A stretch of DNA of 43,029 nucleotides from a virus (Duplodnaviria; Caudoviricetes), in the IMG/VR virus record IMGVR_UViG_3300028422_001978, positions 1 through 43,029 of that record; one strand, 5' to 3'. Made by a program: the position numbers and the translations under genes. The notes under the pieces were generated by a model that was not told where the DNA came from, ran no database searches, and saw only the letters and a list, made by a program, of their open reading frames with translations. Below are positions 9,609-19,109 of this stretch, piece by piece (within the stretch, counting starts at the first letter, position 1; every line of letters starts with the position of its first letter).

Positions 9609-10112
9609 TTATAGACTGTCTTGATACTTTTGCAATACATCTGCAGCTGCTTCTGCTGCTTTTGGCGCAGCTTTTTCATTTGCTTTGCGCATCCACTGCT
9701 TCGCTGGAATGTTTCGCGATGGAGCACCAAACTCATGGATGAACGCGACTTCGGCATTGTTGGCCTTTTTATCGCTTCCACCATAGGTATACGTCCGCCC
9801 ATGCTTGCTGCGTTTATATGCCTTTGTTTTTGCGCGACCGCTATAGGTGTGATGAACTCCGTGAGGGTACACGTTGATGTACTGCGCCATGCCTTTCCCT
9901 CTTGTTTTCCCAAACTTATTATCAGCCTTGATCGAATCGCGCATTTTTGCCGTTTCTACCAGCCCTAGTGAGTTAATCTCTTTTTTCTGCGCTTCGATTA
10001 CTACGTCCGCTTCGGCCGCCAGCATTTCATAAATGACATCGTCCGGTATATTGGCAAGTTGATCCATAAAAAGTACACATTCCTCAAGTCCGTCCATTAC
10101 AAGCAGTGCCAT
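9609..10112 (-). CDS. HK97 gp10-like neck/tail component
   Basis: AFIHEFGA and PAKQWMRKA motifs; position. Confidence 0.82.
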   Translation of the reverse strand: MALLVMDGLEECVLFMDQLANIPDDVIYEMLAAEADVVIEAQKKEINSLGLVETAKMRDSIKADNKFGKTRGKGMAQYINVYPHGVHHTYSGRAKTKAYKRSKHGRTYTYGGSDKKANNAEVAFIHEFGAPSRNIPAKQWMRKANEKAAPKAAEAAADVLQKYQDSL

Positions 10113-10444
10113 TACACATCAACCCCCTCTATCGCATCGATTTCGAAAACCCAATGCTGGCCATTTTCATCACCCACAGGCGTCATTTCGGGATACCCAA
10201 ATCCTGCATCATACAGCATCCGTTTGATGGTCTTGCGTGTCGTGACGCTATCAAAGTCGCTCGGGCATACAAAATGCACCTGAATAAGCGCAATCTCGTG
10301 CTGGGGCTTGTTGTCGCCGTGATCATCGCCGAACGTGTTGTAGTTGAAGGTGAAGTAGTTTGGCTCGCTGCCCGAGTATGTATTAGGGTATGTCGGATAA
10401 CCAAACGATGCCAGCGCCGTCTTGATGCGTGATTCGATGCTCAT
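10112..10444 (-). CDS. Tail terminator/completion protein
   Basis: YFTFNY, GDNKP and IQVHF motifs; neck position; ATGA overlap start. Confidence 0.7.
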   Translation of the reverse strand: MSIESRIKTALASFGYPTYPNTYSGSEPNYFTFNYNTFGDDHGDNKPQHEIALIQVHFVCPSDFDSVTTRKTIKRMLYDAGFGYPEMTPVGDENGQHWVFEIDAIEGVDV

Positions 10445-10842
10445 CGTGCGCTCACCTGCCTTTTCACTTTGATCTCCATCCATTGATTACGATTTTCAAC
10501 GTTGTCAATGCTTATGATCTCAAAGCAAAGCTTTTCTTTTTCTGCCGTCGTTTTACTGGCGTCATCCGCATACAGAATACGGTACTTACTGCCGCTGTTT
10601 TTCTTCGGGTCAATGAGTGGACTGTACCTGCCTGTCAGCGTGGCCGGTTCGTTAAGCTCAAGGCGCATCGCCTCAAACACTTCTGTGCCGTGCACGTTTA
10701 CCCATTTGACGCGATATTCTTTACCAGTGCCAAATACGTTCGTCCACGTCTTTACGGGATAGCCGTTATCATTTTGAGTTTCCGTGTACTTTTCAATGAT
10801 GATCGATGTACGTAGCTCCCCGGCATTTGCTTCTTTAGACAT
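10441..10842 (-). CDS. Head closure protein (SPP1 gp16-like head-tail adaptor)
   Basis: NAGELRTSIII...FEIISIDNVENRNQWMEI. Confidence 0.85.
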   Translation of the reverse strand: MSKEANAGELRTSIIIEKYTETQNDNGYPVKTWTNVFGTGKEYRVKWVNVHGTEVFEAMRLELNEPATLTGRYSPLIDPKKNSGSKYRILYADDASKTTAEKEKLCFEIISIDNVENRNQWMEIKVKRQVSAR

Positions 10843-11158
10843 CGCTCACCTCCTCTACCGGCTCAACCACAGGATCCTCGCCAGCATACCGCAGCTCCAG
10901 AACAAATGAGTTAATAAGCTTTTGAGCGCTCTCTTGGGCAGATGCATTGCCGTTCCCGACAAACTTCATCCCCCTATTGTCATACCAGCAAGAAGCAAGA
11001 GCGCACAGAAACAAATCGTACTGCGCATTGTTTTGATAGTCTGGGATGCCCGCTGTTCTTGTTTTTGATTTTGCCGCATTAAGGCAAAGCTCTGCGATAG
11101 TGTCCGCTGCATCCGGCGGCATCCCAAGATAGTCTTTAAGCGTAGTGATTGATAACAT
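10835..11158 (-). CDS. Head-tail connector (gp6/gp15-like)
   Basis: LKDYL...LASCWYDNRG...LELRY; follows the capsid gene. Confidence 0.85.
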   Translation of the reverse strand: MLSITTLKDYLGMPPDAADTIAELCLNAAKSKTRTAGIPDYQNNAQYDLFLCALASCWYDNRGMKFVGNGNASAQESAQKLINSFVLELRYAGEDPVVEPVEEVSDV

Positions 11159-11174
11159 GTGCGCTCCTCCCCAT

Positions 11175-12623
11175 TTAGCTCATTGTGATAGCGTTTGTGT
11201 AAACCGATACGCCGCCGTATGTGATCTTGCAGCGGAACTTGACATCTTCGTCCTGCTCGTCTACCGTGGTCAGCGTGTTGGTATTGTAGCCAGTGTAAGC
11301 AACTGTCGTGTCCGTCCAAGTGCCAGCATTGTCATACTGCCACAGGTACGTGATGCCGCTGGTAGGTTTGCTTGCATCGTCTGTGTTGAATGTGCCAACC
11401 GCAGTCAAATCCTCACCCGCAAGCGCAGCAGATGTGGCCGATGTTGCGACACCGCCAACGATGGCCACCGCCACAATAGCCAAACGGAACGCGCTTTTGA
11501 GTTTGATCTGATGATCGCCCCACGTGGTCAGTACATACTTGTACATGCCGGTTTCGACATCTTTATCAGAGTCGAGCACTGCGGCAGGTTCGTAGTTCTG
11601 TTTTGCGAATCTGAAATCGCCGATAACTGGAATTGTTGCCCTGTCGTTGAACTCGACCGGCACGCCGAGAACATCCTGCGGCTTGGCTGTAAACAACTCA
11701 CCCGCCGTATTGGAAAGCGTCTGCACGTAGGTGTACCAATCAGCGGAGCGCATCACGACCTTGGCGTTTGCGCGGAATGCATCGGGAAGATCACCAAGCG
11801 CGGCCATAATGGCCGCAACAACGGTGGCACCGGTAACGCCTTTAATGCCGACCATGTAAAAAGACATGTGTTTGTGGGCGTCATCGGCAGACTTTGCAAA
11901 AGCGCGAAGTTTCTCTTTTCTGGCCAGTGCAGACTTCAAGCCGTTTTCAATCGTCGATACAAGGTCGGTGTCCGTACCATAAACAACAGTGTCAGCGACC
12001 TGAATTTTCACCTTCGTTTTCAGGCGTCCGTACGTGACGACATCAGACGATACTTCGATCTCTTTTGCTGTTTCGGCGTCAACGACATCCTCAAGCAAGT
12101 CTTCATCATCAATCGCAAACGTCAGGCGCGGTTCCTCAAGCCCTGCAATCTGTGACGTTTCCTCGACGTTGCGCAGACTGTTCTCCTCGAACGGCTCTGT
12201 GATGAGCTCACTGGAAAGCGTGGACGGAAGCAGATTTGATCCGCTGCCAAAATCGGCAGAACCGGCAGGAATAGCACCAAGGCCAGTATAAGTTTTCTTT
12301 ACACCTTCTTTGTCACCGAAGGCCACGCCGCGATAGAACGACGCCTTGGTTTTAACAAGCACATCTTTTTCAGTCATGCCGCCGCCGCTGCCGTCCTTCA
12401 TGGCAATCGCGGCGCGCTGCTGCTCTTCCATCTCGTCGTGAGAAGCTTTGAGCATGTCATAACGAGACTGGAGTTCGTCGCGGTGCTGCTTCTTGGTGTT
12501 GATGTCAGTCATCGCCACGGTCGGGTCAGCGGCCTTCTCCGCGATCCATTCCGCATCTGCGGAAATCTGCGCCTGAAGCGTCGCCATTTTTTCCTTGAGA
12601 TCAAACAATGTAACTTTAGCCAT
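11175..12623 (-). CDS. Major capsid protein, HK97 fold, with N-terminal scaffold and C-terminal Ig-like domain
   Basis: Coiled-coil delta domain, GSNLLP, VLGVPVEF, VIGDF and SAFRLA motifs, then a ~90-aa extension. Confidence 0.95.
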   Translation of the reverse strand: MAKVTLFDLKEKMATLQAQISADAEWIAEKAADPTVAMTDINTKKQHRDELQSRYDMLKASHDEMEEQQRAAIAMKDGSGGGMTEKDVLVKTKASFYRGVAFGDKEGVKKTYTGLGAIPAGSADFGSGSNLLPSTLSSELITEPFEENSLRNVEETSQIAGLEEPRLTFAIDDEDLLEDVVDAETAKEIEVSSDVVTYGRLKTKVKIQVADTVVYGTDTDLVSTIENGLKSALARKEKLRAFAKSADDAHKHMSFYMVGIKGVTGATVVAAIMAALGDLPDAFRANAKVVMRSADWYTYVQTLSNTAGELFTAKPQDVLGVPVEFNDRATIPVIGDFRFAKQNYEPAAVLDSDKDVETGMYKYVLTTWGDHQIKLKSAFRLAIVAVAIVGGVATSATSAALAGEDLTAVGTFNTDDASKPTSGITYLWQYDNAGTWTDTTVAYTGYNTNTLTTVDEQDEDVKFRCKITYGGVSVYTNAITMS

Positions 12624-13431
12624 TTTGATTTTGCTCCTTCATAAATTTTTTATTTTCGGCAAGTATTTTCGCCCGTTCGTTTCGCTCTGCATCATCTGTC
12701 AACGCGAGCTGGATTTTTTGGCCGATTGCTTTGAGGTCCTCGGCCTTGACTGTTGCGATGTCGGATGTCTTGAAAAGCTCAACCGCATCATTTAGATTTT
12801 CGGCGCCTTTTGTGACACCTGCGCCACGTTGGGAAGGAACAGCAACGAAAGAAAACTCGAATGCTTCTTGAGGATCTTTAAGCTCTCCAAAGCACAGTTT
12901 GCCATCGTATTCCTGACCTTTGATGTGGCCTGTCTCGCATTGGTACGTCCATGTGCACCAATCGAGCTTGAGCTTCTTGCTGCATATCGAGCATGCGCAT
13001 TCGCCCATGCGACAACCAACAGACACCTCTTTGACAATGCCACCCTCAATTGCTTCAATGAGCGGTTTGTTGGCATCGTTTCGCAGCATATAGGCACTGC
13101 CTCGCAAAACGTAAAGTGGTTCCCCGAGCGAGTTCTTTTCGCTCATTTCCTCTGTCTCGCAACGGTACAGACGTGCTACCTGCTTTTCAGCCGACCAGCG
13201 GTGATCAATCAAGCCGCTTTTCCCTAAGAAAAGCTTAGCGAGCTTATCAAGACTGGCTTTTGTGAAACGCTCAGTATCACGATCAACGTCGTTGTCACAG
13301 AGATGTACAGGGAAACAAAAAACGCCTTCGGGCGTCAGCTCCTTATGTGCGTATTGATTTATTAAAGCAATATCCGATTCTGGGTTTATCGGTGTCGCTT
13401 TTAACGCTTTGAGTTTTTCAATTCTATCCAT
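12616..13431 (-). CDS. Prohead maturation protease with Cys-rich insertion
   Basis: IDH, EVSVG and EFSFVAVP motifs; CACSIC...C..GH insertion; precedes the capsid gene. Confidence 0.78.
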   Translation of the reverse strand: MDRIEKLKALKATPINPESDIALINQYAHKELTPEGVFCFPVHLCDNDVDRDTERFTKASLDKLAKLFLGKSGLIDHRWSAEKQVARLYRCETEEMSEKNSLGEPLYVLRGSAYMLRNDANKPLIEAIEGGIVKEVSVGCRMGECACSICSKKLKLDWCTWTYQCETGHIKGQEYDGKLCFGELKDPQEAFEFSFVAVPSQRGAGVTKGAENLNDAVELFKTSDIATVKAEDLKAIGQKIQLALTDDAERNERAKILAENKKFMKEQNQNG

Positions 13432-13432
13432 A

Positions 13433-14032
13433 TCACGCCTCCTCATCTGCCGCTGCTTCTACAGCCGCCATCGTTTCGCCAGCAACGGTGATTGTGACGG
13501 ATCCTTCGGTCAATTCCACTACCCCGCCGTTTATAGTAAGCACAGGATGGAACCCTTCTACAGATGCAGCCGCAGCGTATGAAATAACATCGCCCGTAAA
13601 CACAGTGGCTCCGCTCGTCAGCGACACGGGCGTATCAAGATCAAGCGTTTCGCCATGGAGCCTGATAAGCGATGCTGTCAACGTAGTGTCAGCACCAACA
13701 GTGAGCGTCAATGTGTGTGGTATCAATCCTGCCGCATCAAGCGCAGGGCCAACGAGAGCGCCCATGCCGGACGATCCGAAATTGACCTCTACAGTCCCAG
13801 AAACAGCAGCTTTGATATAAAATGACGGTGTTCTGTCAGGGTGCATCCTAACATTAAACGCTTGCCATGCAAATGCCGGGATGTGCGCGGCGGCGGCCTC
13901 AATAAATTCACCATCGCAGAAAAGGACTTCACCAGCTGTTTCATTTTTGATGACAATTGAATTTGAACCGAAGCTATCAAAAACAAACTCTGTCGCGAGT
14001 CCTGCCGTCAGTGTGAGCCGTCTAGTTTGCAT
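13433..14032 (-). CDS. Hypothetical beta-rich protein, possible head decoration (C-terminal B-repeat/Ig-like)
   Basis: T/V/A/G-rich; HTLTLTVG...TVFTGDVISY...LTING pattern; AAGGAGG RBS. Confidence 0.55.
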   Translation of the reverse strand: MQTRRLTLTAGLATEFVFDSFGSNSIVIKNETAGEVLFCDGEFIEAAAAHIPAFAWQAFNVRMHPDRTPSFYIKAAVSGTVEVNFGSSGMGALVGPALDAAGLIPHTLTLTVGADTTLTASLIRLHGETLDLDTPVSLTSGATVFTGDVISYAAAASVEGFHPVLTINGGVVELTEGSVTITVAGETMAAVEAAADEEA

Positions 14033-14186
14033 TTCCTGCGCCTCCTTTCAGCGTGATTCGCTGTTTTGCTTTTTCAATGTCTTTTCGGAGAGCAGATTCA
14101 CGCACTTTCGGCGGCAAAAGAGTGTATGTGCTCGGATTCAAGCCGTGCTTTGCCGCCTCTTCCATCAGCTTCTTGTCAATGGCCAT
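14022..14186 (-). CDS. Small hypothetical protein, 54 aa
   Basis: MAIDKKLMEEAAKHGLNPSTY...GGAGNAN; overlaps both neighbours. Confidence 0.6.
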   Translation of the reverse strand: MAIDKKLMEEAAKHGLNPSTYTLLPPKVRESALRKDIEKAKQRITLKGGAGNAN

Positions 14187-14638
14187 CATTTGGAGTCACC
14201 GCTTTTCTTTTCAGCTGCAACGATGAACTCCGCCAGTTGCCGTTTTGTTTCCGTGCCGCTGATCGCCACGCCAGGTGTTTCTTGAGCAAGCTTGATGAGT
14301 GCGTCTTTGTTCATTGTTTTTATGAGGTTTTCGACGTCGCGCGGATCTTCTTTTTTCTTTTCCGGCGCGTTGGGTATGATTTCGCCGTCGATGCTGGTTG
14401 CATCTTTACCCCTGCCAAAATCAACCCCAGCATATACTTCCTGCGACTTTGACTTTGCCGCCAAAAGGTTGTCCGGCGTGAACTCTCCCTCGTAGCCATA
14501 TTCAGGCTTGTACCCATTAGTCGTTGCCCATGTCAAAAAGTTATGCGCAAGCTTCCATTCGGCCGGCAAAGCATTCATTTTATGGGCTTCGAGCCACATC
14601 GCATACAAGCTACGAGGCTTTTTGTTTTTGTTGTCCAT
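14186..14638 (-). CDS. Hypothetical protein with C-terminal Rho_N/HeH-like domain
   Basis: GGAGGA RBS before MDNKNKK; C-terminal MNKDALIKLAQE.PGV.....TKRQLAEFI. Confidence 0.6.
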   Translation of the reverse strand: MDNKNKKPRSLYAMWLEAHKMNALPAEWKLAHNFLTWATTNGYKPEYGYEGEFTPDNLLAAKSKSQEVYAGVDFGRGKDATSIDGEIIPNAPEKKKEDPRDVENLIKTMNKDALIKLAQETPGVAISGTETKRQLAEFIVAAEKKSGDSK

Positions 14639-15899
14639 CAGATCCTCCTTGTGTATTTGTTGATTTATCTGGATTCTTAATAACATACTCAAGCGTTGTC
14701 AAATCACGGGAGACCATCAACTTGTTGCCGTTAGGGTCTTTGTCCCTGCCGTAGTCTGCACGGGCTTCGTTTGGTGTTTCCCAGCCGCCGCGAATGGCTT
14801 TCTGGTGCACGTCCGCCCGGGTCGCTGCATCAGCTCTCAAGATTGCGTTCATATCGATCTGGAAGTTGTACCCGCGTTTCCGCTCTTCTCTGGTCAACAG
14901 CTTTCGGTTTAGCTCCTGCTCATAAGCTGTCACGATCGGCAGCATGGTGAGCATCAAGAATTCAAGCATTTGCTGTTCTTGCGAATTGAACGAGACGTCT
15001 GAGTAATCACCCAGCAGGTGAGGCGGTATATTGTACACCATGGCCACCTTTGACCGCGATATTTTTTCAACCTCAAGCAGTTTTGAGTCAACCGGCGAAA
15101 GATTAAGCGTTTTCGCCTGTACGCCAGATTCGAGCAGAAGGATATTGCCGCCAGTTTCGTTGTATGTCTCAACAAGCGCGGCGATTGTTTCTTTGCGCTG
15201 TGTTTCCCCGAGGTTTGCCGGGGCCTCTGCAACAATCTTCGCGTTCACGCCTTTTTCAAGTTGAGACGCGCTGAACGTCTGAATTTGATCGTTATAGGTT
15301 AGCGTATTAAAAAGCACCTGCACTGGGTTCACACCTTTGATCCCGTTTGTCGATATAAACGGAATATGAATGATGTAATAGTTATGCAGGTAGTACGCTT
15401 GTCCGATCTCTGGCATGATTTTATACCATAGCTCGCCAGAATCCGTTTCAAGCATCGGCGTCACTCGCAGCGGATCAAGCACCCTCATGCCTGTAAACGT
15501 ACCGTCCGGATCATACGTCTTAAGCGCGTATGCGTTGCCCTCTGAGCAACAACACGCCTCTAGTGATTTGAAGAACTGACATGCCGTCTGGTTTGTATTC
15601 GGAGCGCAGCTCACAATATCGTTTCTGTCATCATTCTTCACAGGTGTTGTTCCTCTGTAAAGCTGCACCGGCATAGTGGATAATGCATTCGCCCGGCGGG
15701 TCACAGCCGAAAAAATCAACTCGCTGTTCTGCAGCGTATAATCGCTCCGAAGAAACCGTGGCAAAAAAGATATTCCGAACGGTAGCTTGGTGGTGCCGGA
15801 CGGCGTTTTAACCGCAGCCTTTTTCTTTAAGCCGTTTATCTCAGCCCTTAGCGCGATTACCTCTGCATTCATTTTTTTACGCGAATTAAAAATGCCCAA
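14610..15899 (-). CDS. Portal protein, HK97 family
   Basis: EGNAY, IIHI, GIKGVNP, YNIPPHLLG and TPNEAR motifs. Confidence 0.95.
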   Translation of the reverse strand: MGIFNSRKKMNAEVIALRAEINGLKKKAAVKTPSGTTKLPFGISFLPRFLRSDYTLQNSELIFSAVTRRANALSTMPVQLYRGTTPVKNDDRNDIVSCAPNTNQTACQFFKSLEACCCSEGNAYALKTYDPDGTFTGMRVLDPLRVTPMLETDSGELWYKIMPEIGQAYYLHNYYIIHIPFISTNGIKGVNPVQVLFNTLTYNDQIQTFSASQLEKGVNAKIVAEAPANLGETQRKETIAALVETYNETGGNILLLESGVQAKTLNLSPVDSKLLEVEKISRSKVAMVYNIPPHLLGDYSDVSFNSQEQQMLEFLMLTMLPIVTAYEQELNRKLLTREERKRGYNFQIDMNAILRADAATRADVHQKAIRGGWETPNEARADYGRDKDPNGNKLMVSRDLTTLEYVIKNPDKSTNTQGGSDGQQKQKAS

Positions 15900-15903
15900 T
15901 TAA

Positions 15904-17661
15904 TCATCTCCTATCTTCCAGCTTGATTACTGTTGCAAGCTTTTTATCTGGCGGGATAATAAGCGGATGTTTACGCATCCATTCGGTATGTGCATCGAGC
16001 AAAGCCGCGAAACCGTCAATTTTACGATACTTATGCTGCCTTGTCGGCAAATAAGTCGCGTTCGGACCGCGTTTTGTCAGCCTCACATTACCCAAGTACC
16101 AGTTAAACAGCGGATTGTTGTTGTGCATAATCTTGCCGTCAATTAACCTCTCTTTGAGGTTGTCCAGAGGCGCGGTAAGCGTGAGCTCACCCTGCCTGAC
16201 CTCGTTCATGACAAAGCCTTTTTCCCGCATCTTCTGAACTAACATGAACGCCTTTGCAGGGTCAAACCCAATGCTGTCAATCGTAAAAATCTCGCGTTGC
16301 TTTAAAAACCATTCCAAAAGCAATTCATATTCGACATAATCAGTATCAACAATGGTCAGCACGCCTTCTTTTTCAAGGCGTGTCCAATCAAGCTTCTCGT
16401 GGTTCTCCTTAACTTTTTTTCTGGGTACCCATGAATGCTCAAGAACAAAGAACCAATTTTCGGGAAGCGGGAACTCTAAGCATGCCGATGTGAAGTCTTC
16501 GGATTCGGCCAAGTCAAAACCGCCATAGCAGCTGTAGCCTTTAAGCGATTCTAGCGTGCGCGTCTTGTTGTTTTTAAGGATTGTGGGAGCATCCAACAGC
16601 GAAAGCTCATCAACGTTTGTAAAAACGTTCAACTGCTTGTTTATGAAGTTCGAACGTTCTTGCGGAACGAGTTTGCATCGCTCCCATTCATCAATCAGAT
16701 CATCCAATAACAACAGTTCGCCAAGAGACGGGTTCGCCTTTATCCAGCAGTCCGTGTCTTCCGGTTCGTCACCCTCATCGATCTCCGCGATGTACACAAA
16801 CATCCTGTCTGCCGCGCGCTGGGCGATAGCGCCGGTGTTGTCAAGAATCTGCCCGCCGAGTATGTAATATTCCATAAGAGGCCCGTCAATGACCTCACCA
16901 AGAGTCGAAATAAACAAAAAAAGCGGTTGTCGCCGCTTCTTGCCCTTTGCTTTTATTCTGTTTATGAGGCTAAAATCACGAAAGTCCTGGACCTCATCGA
17001 ATATGCCCAGATGAACATTGAGGCCGTCCAGTGTCTTGCTCTCAGATGACCGTGCTTCGAACAGCCCGTTTGACTGGTCATAATATATGCCCTTTGTTGT
17101 GGTACGAAAATGCCTGTTAAGCAGCGCCGAGCTGTTTACCTGTCCTGTGCATGAACCCAAGATGATCATGGCCTGTTGCCGTGAATTGGCTAAGCAGTAT
17201 GCTTCGGGGCCCCTTTCGCCATCTTTCGATATCGCATACGGCACAATACCACCAATCATCGTGCTTTTACCATTGCCAGAGCCGACAAACACAACACCTT
17301 CACGAAAGCGCCTATACTCTGTTTTTTTATCAACCCAGCCGTACAGGTTTCCTTCAACGAAGTGCTGCCACGGCAGCAGCTTCATTCTGTCGTAGTTGCC
17401 CTTGGTGGGCACGATGAATTTTTCAGTGAAGTCAATCGGCCGATATGCTTTTGTAAGATCGAACGTCCATGGATATCTGACATCATTCAAAGCTCTGTCA
17501 AGATCATTCATAAACCGCTGACCAGCCTGTTTTACTCTTTTACATGCGGTGATTCTGTTGCCTATGACATCGCTTGCGTATCCGTAGCAGTCTGACGCTT
17601 CAATCCGCTCAAGGTATTCCCTGCTATCAGAATCTTTCAAACTCGTCTCTGACTGGCTCAT
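15904..17661 (-). CDS. terL: Terminase large subunit
   Basis: LLPWQ, Walker A GSGNGKST, Walker B IFDEV, WIKANP, GGFDLA, GFDP and KIDG motifs. Confidence 0.97.
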   Translation of the reverse strand: MSQSETSLKDSDSREYLERIEASDCYGYASDVIGNRITACKRVKQAGQRFMNDLDRALNDVRYPWTFDLTKAYRPIDFTEKFIVPTKGNYDRMKLLPWQHFVEGNLYGWVDKKTEYRRFREGVVFVGSGNGKSTMIGGIVPYAISKDGERGPEAYCLANSRQQAMIILGSCTGQVNSSALLNRHFRTTTKGIYYDQSNGLFEARSSESKTLDGLNVHLGIFDEVQDFRDFSLINRIKAKGKKRRQPLFLFISTLGEVIDGPLMEYYILGGQILDNTGAIAQRAADRMFVYIAEIDEGDEPEDTDCWIKANPSLGELLLLDDLIDEWERCKLVPQERSNFINKQLNVFTNVDELSLLDAPTILKNNKTRTLESLKGYSCYGGFDLAESEDFTSACLEFPLPENWFFVLEHSWVPRKKVKENHEKLDWTRLEKEGVLTIVDTDYVEYELLLEWFLKQREIFTIDSIGFDPAKAFMLVQKMREKGFVMNEVRQGELTLTAPLDNLKERLIDGKIMHNNNPLFNWYLGNVRLTKRGPNATYLPTRQHKYRKIDGFAALLDAHTEWMRKHPLIIPPDKKLATVIKLEDRR

Positions 17662-18034
17662 CCTTTTTTTCACCGCCCTCTTTTGGAATGAACCCTTTAT
17701 CTGCAAATTCCTTTCGCTGTGCCGGTGTCAGTCCGAGCGAACGCAGAAGGTTGTTGAGCACTTGAACTGTCTTTGTAAGCTCGATTGCAAGCGGGTTTTT
17801 GATTAGATTTTTTGCTCCAGCCTTATTGGTATATGACATCATCAGCTTTTTGCCTATGAGCTCACCTTTGAGCTGGCAATAAAACTGATATGTCTCTGCA
17901 TAGAGGTTAACAATCTCTATATCCGACGCTTGCAGTACATGCCCATCCTTGAGATAATTTGTTATCCTCGACTTGGCTTCGGCTGCTATCTGTTCAAGCG
18001 CCAATGTGGCTTTACTCTTTCTTGGCATGGGCAC
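17627..18034 (-). CDS. terS: Terminase small subunit (P27 family)
   Basis: KNP...SLGLTPAQR motif; immediately upstream of terL. Confidence 0.9.
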   Translation of the reverse strand: MPMPRKSKATLALEQIAAEAKSRITNYLKDGHVLQASDIEIVNLYAETYQFYCQLKGELIGKKLMMSYTNKAGAKNLIKNPLAIELTKTVQVLNNLLRSLGLTPAQRKEFADKGFIPKEGGEKKDEPVRDEFERF

Positions 18035-18039
18035 CCCCC

Positions 18040-18134
18040 TTTCATGTGAAAAAAATCAACCGCGCGTACACAAGGAAGCTGGGCACGCGGTTCTGGGATC
18101 AGCATCTCCAACCTGCAGGGCAGGGGGGATACTT
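18040..18134 (-). other. Probable cos region
   Basis: Non-coding gap between HNH and terS with a C6 run and an AACCGCG...CGCGGTT inverted repeat; usual cos position in HNH-dependent phages; cut site not determinable. Confidence 0.55.
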
Positions 18135-18479
18135 TTACGCTTTGATTATTCGTACGCCGACAGGCGCTTTCTTGCCGTATTGTTTTGTCTTCTCGTGACA
18201 TGCTTTACATAAGCTGATGAGGTTGATGTCTACAAGTGCAAGATCAGGATAGTCTTCGAGTTCTTTGATGTGATGTACCTCATTGGCTATGGGTATCTTC
18301 CTGTCCTCTTGCTTTAGCGGTACACCTGTGCGCAGCGCTTTCTCGATTCTTTCCTTGCAGTGCTGGCACATGTGATGATCTCTCTGTAAGATGTATGCTC
18401 TCTTCTTGCGCCATGCCTTTGAGTTGTAGAACCTTCTTACCCATGGTGGTTTGGTGTCGTAGTATCTACGCTTATACAT
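18135..18479 (-). CDS. Packaging-associated HNH endonuclease
   Basis: FYNSKAW, RDHHMCQHC, VHHI and NLISLCKACH motifs. Confidence 0.92.
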   Translation of the reverse strand: MYKRRYYDTKPPWVRRFYNSKAWRKKRAYILQRDHHMCQHCKERIEKALRTGVPLKQEDRKIPIANEVHHIKELEDYPDLALVDINLISLCKACHEKTKQYGKKAPVGVRIIKA

Positions 18480-18849
18480 CTGCAGGATGAGGACGCCGCA
18501 TATTGTACTGGCGTTCGTTTTCATAAAGTATCGCTCTGGCTAAAGCAAGTGATTGGTCTTTTGAGAAGCCAGCGTCATGAAGAATAACGTATGGTTGCGT
18601 TATGATATATTCTTTGTTTATGTCCCGTTGAACGCTTGACCCACAGTCAGGTGGCGATGATTGAATACTATGCTTCGGTTGGTATCCGCCGTTGTCTCGC
18701 GTCATCTGCATCTTCAAAAGTCTTCGTGTCCACCTCTTGCTTAATCCCGCTTTTTTAGCGATAGAAACAATTTCTTTGAGTATGTCTCTGGCTCTCTCTG
18801 CTTGAGATGTATCAACATCGATTGTGATTTTGATTCCTCTTGGTTTCAC
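18472..18849 (-). CDS. Hypothetical protein
   Basis: GGAG RBS, GTG start, operon packing. Confidence 0.6.
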   Translation of the reverse strand: MKPRGIKITIDVDTSQAERARDILKEIVSIAKKAGLSKRWTRRLLKMQMTRDNGGYQPKHSIQSSPPDCGSSVQRDINKEYIITQPYVILHDAGFSKDQSLALARAILYENERQYNMRRPHPADV

Positions 18850-18866
18850 GTTTCATTTCTCCAATC

Positions 18867-19094
18867 TCATTTCATTGTCAGGTTGCGATGGGCATACCGC
18901 GTCGCAAGCTCTATGTCCATCTTTGCCAATGTGTTTTCGCGATATGGCATGAACGGCTGACTGAATAAAGGTGTACGCATTGCCCAGTCCCATCCATCAT
19001 TCATGTACCTCGGCATGCCAGCACCTGCCCAGAAGTCATCTGTGACAGGGAAGTATCCGAGCTTTAATAGAGCGATTCTTTTCTCCTCATCCAT
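18867..19094 (-). CDS. Hypothetical protein
   Basis: GGAGG RBS. Confidence 0.65.
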   Translation of the reverse strand: MDEEKRIALLKLGYFPVTDDFWAGAGMPRYMNDGWDWAMRTPLFSQPFMPYRENTLAKMDIELATRYAHRNLTMK

Positions 19095-19109
19095 CTTTAG
19101 ATTCCTCCA

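Noticed and set aside
8703-11425. Ig-domain repeat pair as a DGR template/variable repeat
   Set aside because: Differences are not adenine-specific, both copies are coding, and no reverse transcriptase is in the window
11145-12155. Long + strand ORF opposite the capsid gene, and similar antisense ORFs elsewhere
   Set aside because: Shadow frames of well-supported - strand genes; no recognisable motifs
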